DNA of 64,000 nucleotides from positions 416,001 to 480,000 of the forward strand of contig CAVSHR010000004.1 in the NCBI GenBank assembly GCA_963727625.1. Reading direction: 5' to 3'. This DNA comes from an uncultured delta proteobacterium (GTDB lineage: Bacteria; Desulfobacterota; Binatia; UBA9968). The notes below the pieces were generated by a model. The model was not told the DNA's origin. It was given only the letters and a program-made list of their open reading frames with translations, and did not search any database. Positions 10,082-20,056 of this stretch are shown in pieces (position 1 is the stretch's first letter; every line of letters starts with the position of its first letter). A program made the position numbers and the translations under genes.

Positions 10082-10148
10082 TGGACACCTCGAGGTTGAA
10101 TGATTCTCCAGGATATTAGAGTCAATTCTGGGCTTGCGTCAATCAGGA

Positions 10149-11090
10149 TCAATCGCCCAGACCGCGGAGCCAGTTCCACTCTTCGTTCAAACCCTTTCGC
10201 AGACCCACTTTGGGCGAGTACCCGAGCTTAATGCGCGCCAAGTCGAGCCGGGCGCGGGTGTGCCGCACGTCGCCCTTTTGCCGCTCCGATCGTTTGAGCT
10301 TCGCCTTGCGCCCGGCGATGTCTTCGGCGATCGCGATCGCCTGCAACAGGCTCACCTGTGAGCCGCCGCCCAAGTTAAACACTTCGCCCCGCCCGGGATA
10401 GAGCGCCGCGGCCACCAGGCCGTCGACGATATCGGCGCAGAATGTGAAATCTCGGGTCTGTTCGCCGTCGTCAAAGAGCGGCGCTTCTTCATCGCGCAGG
10501 AGCGCGCGCATAAAAATATGAAAAAACATATCCGGACGCTGGCGCGGCCCATAGACGGTAAAAAACCGCAGGGCCACGGTGGGTACGGCGAAAGCCCGCC
10601 AATAAAGGTGGCAAAGATGCTCGGCAGCGAGCTTGGTGGCGCCATAGGGAGAAACCGGCCGGGCACCGCCTTCCTCGCGCATCGGCAGGTCATCGGTATC
10701 GCCGTACACGGACGAGGTCGACGCGTAAATAAACTTTTCGAGCTTTGAATGCTTTGCCGCCTCAAGCAGGAGCTGGGTTGCCATAATATTGTTGTCCGTG
10801 TAGCGGGCGAACTCGGCGCCCCAGCTCGACCGCACGCCGGGCTGGCCGGCGAGGTGAAACACATGGGAAATGTCACGCAGCAAATTTTTCAAATCCAAGC
10901 GCAACAGATCCGCGCCGATGAATGTAAACTTGGCGTGAGTGCGGAAAACGGCGAGATTTTGCTCCTTAAAACGGCGCGGATAGTTGTCGAGGAAATTGTC
11001 CACGCCGACCACTTCATGGCCGTCGGCAAGCAGCCTTTCCGCCAAATGCGAACCGATAAAACCGGCAACGCCAGTGACAAGCGACTTCAT
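10149..11090 (-). CDS. NAD-dependent nucleotide-sugar epimerase/dehydratase
   Basis: GVAGFIGS, YGATK (YxxxK), RFFTVYGPRQRPDM. Confidence 0.92.
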   Translation of the reverse strand: MKSLVTGVAGFIGSHLAERLLADGHEVVGVDNFLDNYPRRFKEQNLAVFRTHAKFTFIGADLLRLDLKNLLRDISHVFHLAGQPGVRSSWGAEFARYTDNNIMATQLLLEAAKHSKLEKFIYASTSSVYGDTDDLPMREEGGARPVSPYGATKLAAEHLCHLYWRAFAVPTVALRFFTVYGPRQRPDMFFHIFMRALLRDEEAPLFDDGEQTRDFTFCADIVDGLVAAALYPGRGEVFNLGGGSQVSLLQAIAIAEDIAGRKAKLKRSERQKGDVRHTRARLDLARIKLGYSPKVGLRKGLNEEWNWLRGLGD

Positions 11091-11686
11091 TACTGCGAAC
11101 GCGCCCCTTCCGTCCTTTGGCAGGCATGTCTGACAATCCAGCGCGCGGCTTTCAACAGATCGCCCGCCAAAGCGGAGGGCGCAGGACCACTTTCCGAGTT
11201 CGAGTCATTTTCGGCGGCGATACGCACGGCGGTTGCACCGACTCGTCTTGCCAGCTCCATGTCGCCTTTTTTATCTCCAACAACGTAGGACGCCGTCGGA
11301 TCAAGTCCAAGTTCCACACAAGCGCGCTCGATCATACCGGTGTTTGGCTTGCGGCAAGCGCACTTAAGTCGATAAGCTCCATTCCCTTCCGTCGGATGGT
11401 GCGGGCAATAATAAACCCCGTCCAGATTTACCCCGCTTCGCGCCAGCTCCGTCGCCAGGGCGTCGTGAATCCGGCCGAGCTCATCTTCCGATAACCAGCC
11501 ACGGGCCACCGCTGATTGATTTGTTACCATCACGAGCTTGAAACCAAAATTTCCCAAAAGCACCAGAGCCTCCGGCACCCCGGGTAAAATTTCCAATTGA
11601 TCGACGCGCCGCAGATAACCCACCTCGCGGATCAGCGTGCCGTCACGGTCGAGAAACACAGCGGCGCCGCGCGCCAAAGCCATCAT
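11090..11686 (-). CDS. gmhB: D-glycero-D-manno-heptose 1,7-bisphosphate phosphatase
   Basis: HAD motif FLDRDGT, TNQS, CPHHP..CACRKP, GDK. Confidence 0.92.
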   Translation of the reverse strand: MMALARGAAVFLDRDGTLIREVGYLRRVDQLEILPGVPEALVLLGNFGFKLVMVTNQSAVARGWLSEDELGRIHDALATELARSGVNLDGVYYCPHHPTEGNGAYRLKCACRKPNTGMIERACVELGLDPTASYVVGDKKGDMELARRVGATAVRIAAENDSNSESGPAPSALAGDLLKAARWIVRHACQRTEGARSQ

Positions 11687-12774
11687 GCGACCCGGCTTTC
11701 CGCCTGTCGTAGCTTGGCAACGATGGCGTCGACCAGCGCAACGCCGTTTTCCACGGACATGGCGATCCGCAAGGCCAACAAACGGTCTTTAGCGAAGGGG
11801 AAACGGTTGAGCTTCACAATATCCTTCTCGGTCGTGATGATCAAATCCACCAGCCTCGCCATGCGGCTGATCTGTTGCCAGTCACCGGTGGTGTAAGAAT
11901 GATGGTCGGGAAATTCGAGGGTCTCGACGATCTCGCCTTCCCATTCATGGATCAGGCGGTAGAAACCTCTGGGATCGCCTACGCCTGTGACGGTGAGTAT
12001 TTTGCTGCGATAGATCATGGAAAGGGGAAATGTTTTCAGTTGCGGCGCGCCAAGACCGATGAGGCAGACCGGACAAATTGCTCCGGAAAACGCTGCGCCG
12101 GCGCGGTCCGTGGGAATCGCCCGCTTCCATTCGTCATGACTTCCGGTCGTCAAAAAAAAATCGGCGCGCCGGAGATTTTTTCGCGGCTCGCGGAATGGTC
12201 CGGCCGGAAGCATCCGCCCGGAGCTGTCCGATCCTAAAAGCAAGAGGTCCACAGCCCTTTTTACCCGGCGATGTTGGAATCCATCATCGAGAATAAAGAC
12301 ATCGACATCAGTCACACGCAAAAGCGCGGCGGCAGCTGCGCTGCGATTGCCGGCGATGCCGACGGTCTCGCCGTAGAGCTGAGCCATCATTAACGGCTCA
12401 TCGCCCGACTTAAGCACGTCCAAATCGTTTTGGGACGGCATCGCCGCTTCGGCCCGCGGCTGGACGACGACCGGTCGGGTCTCCTTGCGACGGTAACCAC
12501 GGCTCAATATCCCGACTCTATACCCTCGTTCCTTCAACGCCTGGGAAAGCCACAGACAGGTGGGAGTTTTACCGGTGCCGCCCACCGTGAGGTTGCCCAC
12601 ACTAATCACCGGTCGGGGCAAATATGACGACTGTAGCCAGCCTAGCTTAAAGAAGGCATTACGGAGCTGAACACCGATAACGTAAACCCATGAAAGCGGC
12701 AACAAAAAAAACCACAGTAGCTTTCCCCGTCCGCCCCTCCATTCCCACACCTCTCGAGCCAACGCGTCCGTCAT
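11683..12774 (-). CDS. lpxK: Tetraacyldisaccharide 4'-kinase
   Basis: VGNLTVGGTGKTP, SRGY, GDEP, LDDGFQH, TTEKD. Confidence 0.95.
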   Translation of the reverse strand: MTDALAREVWEWRGGRGKLLWFFLLPLSWVYVIGVQLRNAFFKLGWLQSSYLPRPVISVGNLTVGGTGKTPTCLWLSQALKERGYRVGILSRGYRRKETRPVVVQPRAEAAMPSQNDLDVLKSGDEPLMMAQLYGETVGIAGNRSAAAAALLRVTDVDVFILDDGFQHRRVKRAVDLLLLGSDSSGRMLPAGPFREPRKNLRRADFFLTTGSHDEWKRAIPTDRAGAAFSGAICPVCLIGLGAPQLKTFPLSMIYRSKILTVTGVGDPRGFYRLIHEWEGEIVETLEFPDHHSYTTGDWQQISRMARLVDLIITTEKDIVKLNRFPFAKDRLLALRIAMSVENGVALVDAIVAKLRQAESRVA

Positions 12775-12825
12775 AGTCGCTCAACAACTGCCTCCGCTGT
12801 CAACGCGATCTGCACAAGTTCAGGC

Positions 12826-14094
12826 TCACAAATAACGCTCAGCCAACTGCAAGTTGCCAGCAAAGGCGTTTTGATTGGCGCCAACCACTTGCAAAGCGCT
12901 TTCGCCCATGCGCCGGCGCTTATCCGCGTCGAGCAATAGATCTACTAAAGCCCGAGCCAGATCCGCCGCGCCGCGCACCTCGATGGCCGCTCCTCGTTCT
13001 TTCAATTCCTCGGCAACCGCCTTGAAGTTGGTCATAAATGGACCAAACAAAATCGGCTTGCGCAAGCACGCCGGCTCCAAAACATTATGGCCGCCGACAT
13101 CCACCAGGCTGCCGCCGACAAAAGCGATATCGCCGGCGGCGAAAAAATCCGCCAGCTCACCCACCGTATCGAGCAACAAAACATCCTGGGCGAAATAACG
13201 ATCGGCGCTTAAGCAGCTTTTGCGTTGAAAGGCAAAGGAGCTATTGACCAGCAGCCTTTCCACTTCGGCAAAGCGCTCGGGGTGCCGCGGCGCCAAAACC
13301 ATTGAAAGCTCGGGACACTCCTTGCGCGCCGAGCGCAGCGCTTCGAGCAAGATCTCCTCCTCGCCGCGATGCGAACTCCCCGCCACCAGCAACTGCCGAC
13401 GCGGATCGCGCGCCAAGGCGAGGCGCTGGCCATTGCCATTGAGGGGGCGCGAGGCATATTTCAGACTCCCGACCACCGTCACTTTACCCGGCGCCGCGCC
13501 GAGCTTGACCATGCGTGACGCGTCAGCCGGTGACTGCATGCCTATGACCGTGAAAAATCTCAGTGCGCGCCGGAATAAACCGCGAAACAACCAATAACGC
13601 GAGAACGCCTTTTCGGATAGCCGTCCGCTCAAAAGCAACGTCGGCACACCGCGCCGATAGGCTTGATGCAGAAGATTGGGCCAGATCTCAGTCTCGACGA
13701 TCACCAGCAGGGACGGATCGAAAACAGTCAGGGCCCGGCGCACCGCCCAGAAACAATCCAAGGGCAAAAAAATGGCCGAATCGACACCCGTGATTTGCCT
13801 GGCGACTCGATTGCCGGTAGCGGTAAACGTCGATACCAGCACCTTGCGCCCCGGCACCCGCGCCTTGAGCTCCCGCACCAGCGCTTCGGCGGAGCGGACC
13901 TCCCCCACCGAAGCCGCGTGGATCCAGACCGGCCTCGCTGATGCGAATATTTCCCTAATGCTGCGTGGATAAAGCCCTAAACGCTGGCCGAGGCCGGCTC
14001 GATAGCGTTCGCCTAGAAACAACACCAACGGCACTAAGGGCAGCGCGAGCACAAAGACCCCGGCCAAGGCTAAATTATAGCTCAAATACCACAT
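12826..14094 (-). CDS. waaA: Kdo transferase
   Basis: WIHAASVGE, ETEIWPN, PRHPER, GGHNVLEP. Confidence 0.95.
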   Translation of the reverse strand: MWYLSYNLALAGVFVLALPLVPLVLFLGERYRAGLGQRLGLYPRSIREIFASARPVWIHAASVGEVRSAEALVRELKARVPGRKVLVSTFTATGNRVARQITGVDSAIFLPLDCFWAVRRALTVFDPSLLVIVETEIWPNLLHQAYRRGVPTLLLSGRLSEKAFSRYWLFRGLFRRALRFFTVIGMQSPADASRMVKLGAAPGKVTVVGSLKYASRPLNGNGQRLALARDPRRQLLVAGSSHRGEEEILLEALRSARKECPELSMVLAPRHPERFAEVERLLVNSSFAFQRKSCLSADRYFAQDVLLLDTVGELADFFAAGDIAFVGGSLVDVGGHNVLEPACLRKPILFGPFMTNFKAVAEELKERGAAIEVRGAADLARALVDLLLDADKRRRMGESALQVVGANQNAFAGNLQLAERYL

Positions 14095-14108
14095 GGCGCG
14101 GCTGCAAC

Positions 14109-15863
14109 TCAGTGCAGGACCTCTCGTTCCTCGGATTGCCGTACTTCTAAGGCTTGAATCGCGTAGAGGCGGCTGTACTCGCCGTTTTTGTGCAGCAGCT
14201 CATCGTGGCGGCCTTCCTCGGTGATCGCCCCATCCACCATGACGACGATACGGTCCGCCTTGCGGATGGTCGACAAGCGGTGCGCAATGACGATGGTCGT
14301 GCGCGTCGCCATGAGAGTCTCCAAGGCATCCTGCACTGACCGTTCCGATTCCGCGTCCAACGACGAGGTTGCCTCATCGAGGATTAAAATCGGGGCATTT
14401 TTCAGCAGTGCGCGGGCGATCGCCAGACGCTGGCGCTGCCCGCCGGAAAGTTGCATGCCCATTTCGCCGATTACCGAATCGTAACCGTCCGGCAGCGTCG
14501 AAATGAACTCGTGGGCGTTGGCCGCGTTCGCTGCTGCGATGATGTCCTCCATCCGCCGCGTAGGCTCGCCGTACGCAATATTATTTCTTATAGAATCGTT
14601 GAATAGAAAGGTATGTTGAGTGACGATGCCAATCTGCTCGCGCAGCGAGCGTACGGTCAAATCCCGCACATCGACGCCGTCGATCGTCACCGAGCCACCA
14701 TTTACGTCATATAATCTCGGAATCAGATCGACCAGCGTACTCTTGCCTACGCCGCTCATACCGACCAGCGCGATCATCTGCCCCGCTTCGATCGTCAGAT
14801 CGATGTTTTTTAACACCGGCGTTTCCTTGTAGGCAAAGCTAACTCTGTGGAGCTCGATGCTTTGCGAGAACGGCTGGGCGACTTTCGCATCGGGCTTGTC
14901 GCGAATTTCCGGCGTTTCATCGAGGATCTCAAAGACTCTCTCGGCACCGGCCAATCCTTGATGCACCTGGGTGTAGGTCCGAGCTAGCCCTTTAAACGGG
15001 CCATACATCAAAAACATCGCGGCCATGAAGGCCATAAACTCGCCCTGAGTCCGGGCGCCGCCGACGACGCTCCAGCCACCGTACCAGACCACGGCGCCGA
15101 TACCGAAGGAAGCCAGCAACTCCATCGATGGGGCGACAAACGCCTTGATCCGGCTGGCGCGCAGCGATTGTTTGAACAGCCGCCAATTTTCCTGCTGAAA
15201 TCGTTGATCCTCGTAGCGCTCCATACCAAAGGCTTTGACGATCCGATTGCCCTGAATGCTCTCTTGCAAAAGCGCCGTCAAGTTTCCAGTGCTAATCTGG
15301 CCGCGTCGGGTAAATCCTTTGATTTTTCGGCTCAGTCGCATGATCGGCAACACCGACGCAGGAAAGACAAAGAAAGCCATGGAGGCCAGCACCCAGTCCT
15401 TCATGAATGCCACCACCACCAGGGCAACCAACGAAACCGAGTCCTTCATGAATGAGGCCAAGGCGTCGGTGATCGAGTAGCGCAAAAGCTGAACGTCGCT
15501 ATTGACCCGTGCGATCAGCGTCCCGGTGGGATGTCGGTAGAAGAAGGAAACCGAAAGCGATTGAAAATGACGGTTGAGCGCGTTGCGAACGTCGTTGACG
15601 ATGCGCAAGCCGACGTAATTGGTCAAGTAACTCTGGCCAAAGTTCATCAAACCGCGAAACGCGAAAAGACCGACGATTAATATTGGCAGATATTTGAGCG
15701 CGTCGGGATCTTTCTTGGTGAATACATCGTCGATGATTCGCTGCACCAAAAACGGCAGCGTGCCGTCGGTGGCGCCGAAACAGACCATGCAGACCATACC
15801 GAGGATAAAAAATGGCCATAGGTAAGGCTTCAAATATTTCAGTAAACGAAGGTAATTATTCAC
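14109..15863 (-). CDS. msbA: Lipid A flippase ABC transporter
   Basis: 6-TM domain plus NBD (GMSGVGKST, LSGGQRQR, DEATS), in lipid A gene context. Confidence 0.9.
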   Translation of the reverse strand: MNNYLRLLKYLKPYLWPFFILGMVCMVCFGATDGTLPFLVQRIIDDVFTKKDPDALKYLPILIVGLFAFRGLMNFGQSYLTNYVGLRIVNDVRNALNRHFQSLSVSFFYRHPTGTLIARVNSDVQLLRYSITDALASFMKDSVSLVALVVVAFMKDWVLASMAFFVFPASVLPIMRLSRKIKGFTRRGQISTGNLTALLQESIQGNRIVKAFGMERYEDQRFQQENWRLFKQSLRASRIKAFVAPSMELLASFGIGAVVWYGGWSVVGGARTQGEFMAFMAAMFLMYGPFKGLARTYTQVHQGLAGAERVFEILDETPEIRDKPDAKVAQPFSQSIELHRVSFAYKETPVLKNIDLTIEAGQMIALVGMSGVGKSTLVDLIPRLYDVNGGSVTIDGVDVRDLTVRSLREQIGIVTQHTFLFNDSIRNNIAYGEPTRRMEDIIAAANAANAHEFISTLPDGYDSVIGEMGMQLSGGQRQRLAIARALLKNAPILILDEATSSLDAESERSVQDALETLMATRTTIVIAHRLSTIRKADRIVVMVDGAITEEGRHDELLHKNGEYSRLYAIQALEVRQSEEREVLH

Positions 15864-15877
15864 GTTACAACGCTTTC

Positions 15878-17017
15878 TTATGCTAGCATGGCGATGGCGA
15901 GATCGGCGACTCGCTCGTCCGCGCCGGGTCCGCCCAGGCGCTCGCGCAATTGCGCCAATTTTTTCGTAATCCCGGAGCGAATCTCCGGGTCGTCGAGCAA
16001 CACGCGGCTCTCGGCGGCGATCCGTTCCGGATTGACATCGCTTTGAATCAGTTCAGGGACCACGCGCTCGCCGCAAATTAAATTCACCATGCCGATATAT
16101 TTCACGCGCACGAGCATCCGGGCGATAGCGTAGGTCAACCAAGACAAGCGGTAAACGATAATCATCGGCCGGCCGAGCAAGCCGGTTTCCAGCGTCGCCG
16201 TACCGGAGGCAGTCCAAACCAGGTCGGCCGAGTGGATCGCGTCGTAACGCTGGCCCTGAACTACGGGGATCCGCAACACAGGATTTTCCAGAGCCTTGCC
16301 CACCTTTACCGCATCGATTGTGCTGGCGCACACACAAAAAAACTGCATTTCTCTCTCTCGACTCAGGCGCACCGCGGCATCGCGCATCGCTGGCAAATGA
16401 CGGCTAACCTCCCCATCCCGGCTGCCGGGTAATAGTGCAATGGCCGGCTTGGTCGGATCGAGCCCGATTTTGCGCAAGGTCGCCTGGCGATCTTCTTTCA
16501 CGCTTACCGAATCCAGCAGCGGATAACCGACGAACGTGGCCTTGACACCGTGGCGTTCATAAAAATTTGCTTCAAAGGGAAAGATCACCGCCATCTGATC
16601 CACCCAGCGCGCGATCTGCCGCACGCGGCCTTTGCGCCAGGCCCAAATCTGCGGGCTCACATAATACAGTACCGGAATCCGCAACGACTTGGCGATGCGC
16701 GCCAAGCGCAAATTGAAATCGGGAAAATCAATTAATACCAAAAGATTCGGCCGGCGCTCCTTTAACACCCGCTTGAGCAACCGATAAGCGCGCCAGAGAT
16801 TGCCGAAGTTGCCGAACAATTCCACCAAGCCCATTCCGGTTAGCTGCGCCACGCTGAAAAGCGCCTCGAAGTCCGTTCGTTGCAACCGCTCGCCGCCCAC
16901 GCCGTAAATCTTCAGAGCTGCATCGCGCTTGTGCAACGCTTCGACCAGATGGGCGCCGTACGCGTCGCCGGAAGCTTCTCCGACGACCAGCATGATTTCT
17001 TTTTTCAATGGCGCCAC
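15878..17017 (-). CDS. lpxB: Lipid-A-disaccharide synthase
   Basis: GEASGD, IDFPDFN, SPQIWAWR, LLPGSR, SGTATLE. Confidence 0.96.
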   Translation of the reverse strand: MAPLKKEIMLVVGEASGDAYGAHLVEALHKRDAALKIYGVGGERLQRTDFEALFSVAQLTGMGLVELFGNFGNLWRAYRLLKRVLKERRPNLLVLIDFPDFNLRLARIAKSLRIPVLYYVSPQIWAWRKGRVRQIARWVDQMAVIFPFEANFYERHGVKATFVGYPLLDSVSVKEDRQATLRKIGLDPTKPAIALLPGSRDGEVSRHLPAMRDAAVRLSREREMQFFCVCASTIDAVKVGKALENPVLRIPVVQGQRYDAIHSADLVWTASGTATLETGLLGRPMIIVYRLSWLTYAIARMLVRVKYIGMVNLICGERVVPELIQSDVNPERIAAESRVLLDDPEIRSGITKKLAQLRERLGGPGADERVADLAIAMLA

Positions 17018-17022
17018 GAATC

Positions 17023-17952
17023 TCAGAGCTGGGCGCTGATCAGCGAGGCGATTTCAAGCGCGCGTAATCCTTCGGCCCCTCCGACTAACGGCATCGTGCG
17101 CGTCCTGACACATTCCAAAAACGAGTCGATTTCATCGGCCAATGCATCGCCATCCTTGATCTCGATGTTTTCGGCGCGGATATCCAGCCAGCCGCCACCC
17201 GGCGGCGGCTTGTGATAGATCTGCGCCCGGCGCTGGTCGTAGTCGATCGAAATATACGCGTCGGGTTGAAAAAAACGAATCTTGCGCTCGCGCTTGATCG
17301 ACACTCGGCTCGAGGTCACGTTGGCGATGCAGCCATTGGCAAAATTGATGCGCGCATTGGCGATATCCGGCTTGTCGGTAAGAACCGGCACGCCCACCGC
17401 TTCCAGCCGCGAGACGGGCGACCGCACCAAACTGGCGATCACGTCGATGTCGTGAATCATCAGATCCAATACCACGTCGACGTCGGTGCCGCGCTCGACG
17501 AACGGTGCCAGACGGTGGCATTCGACGAATTTAGGCTCATTGATGACACCTTCGAGCCTACGAATCGCCGGGTTGAAGCGTTCCAGGTGGCCCACCTGTA
17601 GAATGACGTTTCTCGCCTTGGCCGACTCCACCAATAACCGCGCCTCGCCGATATCCGCGGTTAACGGTTTCTCGACCAAGACGTCGATGCCGGCTTCGAT
17701 AAAATCGCGCGTCACTTGATAATGAAAACGGGTCGGTACGGCGACGCTGACGCACTGCACTTTCCCGAACAGGGCGCGATAATCGGTCAGTGCCTCAACA
17801 CCGACCGCGGCGCCGATCTCTCGCGCCCGCGCCGCATCGCTGTCGACCACGGCAATCAGCTTCGCCTTGGATGATGCAGCATATTTTTCGGCGTGATATT
17901 TGCCGAGATAGCCAACCCCCACGACCGCCGCCGCCACACTCTTTGCTGCCAT
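17023..17952 (-). CDS. Gfo/Idh/MocA oxidoreductase, GnnA-like (UDP-GlcNAc 3-dehydrogenase)
   Basis: GVGYLG, VEKP, GHLERFNP, DLMIHD. Located between lpxI and lpxB, as gnnA typically is. Confidence 0.8.
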   Translation of the reverse strand: MAAKSVAAAVVGVGYLGKYHAEKYAASSKAKLIAVVDSDAARAREIGAAVGVEALTDYRALFGKVQCVSVAVPTRFHYQVTRDFIEAGIDVLVEKPLTADIGEARLLVESAKARNVILQVGHLERFNPAIRRLEGVINEPKFVECHRLAPFVERGTDVDVVLDLMIHDIDVIASLVRSPVSRLEAVGVPVLTDKPDIANARINFANGCIANVTSSRVSIKRERKIRFFQPDAYISIDYDQRRAQIYHKPPPGGGWLDIRAENIEIKDGDALADEIDSFLECVRTRTMPLVGGAEGLRALEIASLISAQL

Positions 17953-17964
17953 AGACACCCGCTC

Positions 17965-18771
17965 CTAGCCACTCACCCCGACCACCGAGATACCGTACAA
18001 CTCCGCTTGGCGCAAAAGGCTATCCTTATCCAATAAAATCGTCTTGCCCGCCTCCACCGCCAAAATCGTGGCGCCAACTTGGTGCAGGCAATCAACAGTA
18101 TCGACGCCCACAGCGGGAACGTCAAAGCGCAGATCTTGCTGCGGTTTGCTCACTTTGACCACCACGCAACCCGACTTCGCCAAACTCCCGCCGCGTTGGA
18201 TCGCCGCATCGGTACCTTCCACCGCTTCCACCGCCAATATTACCCCCTGCTTGACCACTACGGTTTGGCCAATGCCCAAGCGGCCGATTTCTTTCGCGAT
18301 ATGAAATCCCAATCTGATATCGGCCCACTCCTCCCGGCGCGGCGCCCGTTTGGTCAGCACCCCTTCGGCAGGAATAAAATGCGACAGGCAAAGGGTCGAC
18401 GCCACAATCTGAATGCCGTCAGAAGCGAGCTCGTCGGCGATGCCGCGCAACAAGGCGTCGTCGTCCCGGCTGCGGCGTTTGGCCAGAAAACGCGTGCCGC
18501 GCAGGTCGGGGCGAAAGTTGCCGAACAACTTTACCTTGCGAATGCCGCCGGCCATGACCGCTTCGGTAACACCTGCGCGCTGGAAAACGCGTATAATCTT
18601 GCCGAGCTGGCCGACGTAAACCCAGGTGACCGCATCGGTGACGCGTTCGATCGTCTCGTCGGTTTCACCGCGGTGCGCCACCGCGATCACCACATAGCCG
18701 GCCCGCTTTGCCTCCTCGGCAAAGATCAACGGAAATTTTCCGTTACCGGCGATCAGACCAAGTTTTTTCAC
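17965..18771 (-). CDS. lpxI: UDP-2,3-diacylglucosamine pyrophosphatase LpxI
   Basis: LGLIAGNG, IGQTVV, EAVEGTD, KPQQDLRFDVP. Confidence 0.93.
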   Translation of the reverse strand: MKKLGLIAGNGKFPLIFAEEAKRAGYVVIAVAHRGETDETIERVTDAVTWVYVGQLGKIIRVFQRAGVTEAVMAGGIRKVKLFGNFRPDLRGTRFLAKRRSRDDDALLRGIADELASDGIQIVASTLCLSHFIPAEGVLTKRAPRREEWADIRLGFHIAKEIGRLGIGQTVVVKQGVILAVEAVEGTDAAIQRGGSLAKSGCVVVKVSKPQQDLRFDVPAVGVDTVDCLHQVGATILAVEAGKTILLDKDSLLRQAELYGISVVGVSG

Positions 18772-18826
18772 GGCACAGACTGACTTGCATGTAGTGAATT
18801 ACCCGCGCTCGATTCCTATAGCCATT

Positions 18827-19603
18827 TCAGCGACAGACTCCACGCTGGGACTGAGCAATGAAAGCGATAAATTTTTCAATTTCAGGAAGCGCCGGCAACT
18901 CTCGCCGAATTTTTTCAAGCGCCGCTTCGGTTCTGAGCTTGGAGTGAAACGCAATCCGGTAAGCTTTGCGAATCGCTCCAATTACCGACTTGTCGACGCC
19001 GCGCCGCTTGAGACCCTCGAGATTCAAGCCGCGCAGCCGGGCTCGGTCGCCGGTGGCGTTGCAATAGGGCGGAACATCTTTGGAAACCATCGAACCGGCG
19101 CCCAGTATGGCGCCACTGCCGATGCGCACGAACTGATGAATCCCGACCAAGCCGCCGACGATGACCGAGTCCTCGATGGTCACATGCCCGCCGAGCGTGG
19201 CGCCGTTGGCGATAACATTGCGGCTGCCGACACGGCAGTCGTGAGCAATATGGCAATACATCATCAACAGATTTTGATCGCCCACGTAAGTCATCATACC
19301 GCCGCCGGTGGTGCCGGGATTGAGTGAAACATATTCACGGATGATGTTGCGATCGCCGATCACCAGTTCGCTGGGTTCACCTTTGAATTTGAGATCCTGC
19401 GGTATTGAGCCGACGCTGGCAAACGGAAATACAACGTTGCCTTGGCCTAGGGTCGTCTGGCCTTGCAGCACCGCGTGCGCCGAAATCTTACTTCCCTTGC
19501 CGATCTTGACGCCGGCGCCGATCACCGCATAGGGGCCGACTTCAACTTCACTGCCTAATTCCGCGCGCGGATCGATAATCGCGGTTGGGTGCACCCGGCT
19601 CAT
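18827..19603 (-). CDS. lpxA: UDP-GlcNAc acyltransferase
   Basis: Hexapeptide repeats, PQDLKF, HIAHDC, HQFVRIG. Confidence 0.96.
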   Translation of the reverse strand: MSRVHPTAIIDPRAELGSEVEVGPYAVIGAGVKIGKGSKISAHAVLQGQTTLGQGNVVFPFASVGSIPQDLKFKGEPSELVIGDRNIIREYVSLNPGTTGGGMMTYVGDQNLLMMYCHIAHDCRVGSRNVIANGATLGGHVTIEDSVIVGGLVGIHQFVRIGSGAILGAGSMVSKDVPPYCNATGDRARLRGLNLEGLKRRGVDKSVIGAIRKAYRIAFHSKLRTEAALEKIRRELPALPEIEKFIAFIAQSQRGVCR

Positions 19604-19618
19604 CGACTAAGACTCCTT

Positions 19619-20056
19619 TTAGGCCAGGTCCACTTCCATGGCGGAAATCTCCGCCTGGGCCACCACTTTGCCCTCCACCGTGGCGGTCCCTTGCATCTTC
19701 CAATAAGAGCCGCGACGTTTGAGACAAGTGAGCTCCATGCGCAATTGATCGCCCGGCTCCACCGGCCGCTTGAATTTGACGTTGTCGAGACCGGTAAGGA
19801 CAAAAACTTTATTATCCGCGGTGCCGCCGCGAGCGTTGTGAGCAAAAATGGCGCCGACCTGGGCCATCGCTTCGCAAATCAAAACCCCAGGCATCACTGG
19901 GTGGTGTGGGAAATGGCCCTGAAAAAAATTTTCGTTGATTGATACGTTTTTGATACCGACAACCTTTTCATCGCCGTGAATCTCGATGATCCGATCGACC
20001 AGCAAAAAGGGATACCGGTGCGGAATATTTTTGAAGATCTCATTAACGTCCAGCAT
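19619..20056 (-). CDS. fabZ: 3-hydroxyacyl-ACP dehydratase
   Basis: [34 protein letters not shown] before ATG 20056. Confidence 0.96.
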   Translation of the reverse strand: MLDVNEIFKNIPHRYPFLLVDRIIEIHGDEKVVGIKNVSINENFFQGHFPHHPVMPGVLICEAMAQVGAIFAHNARGGTADNKVFVLTGLDNVKFKRPVEPGDQLRMELTCLKRRGSYWKMQGTATVEGKVVAQAEISAMEVDLA

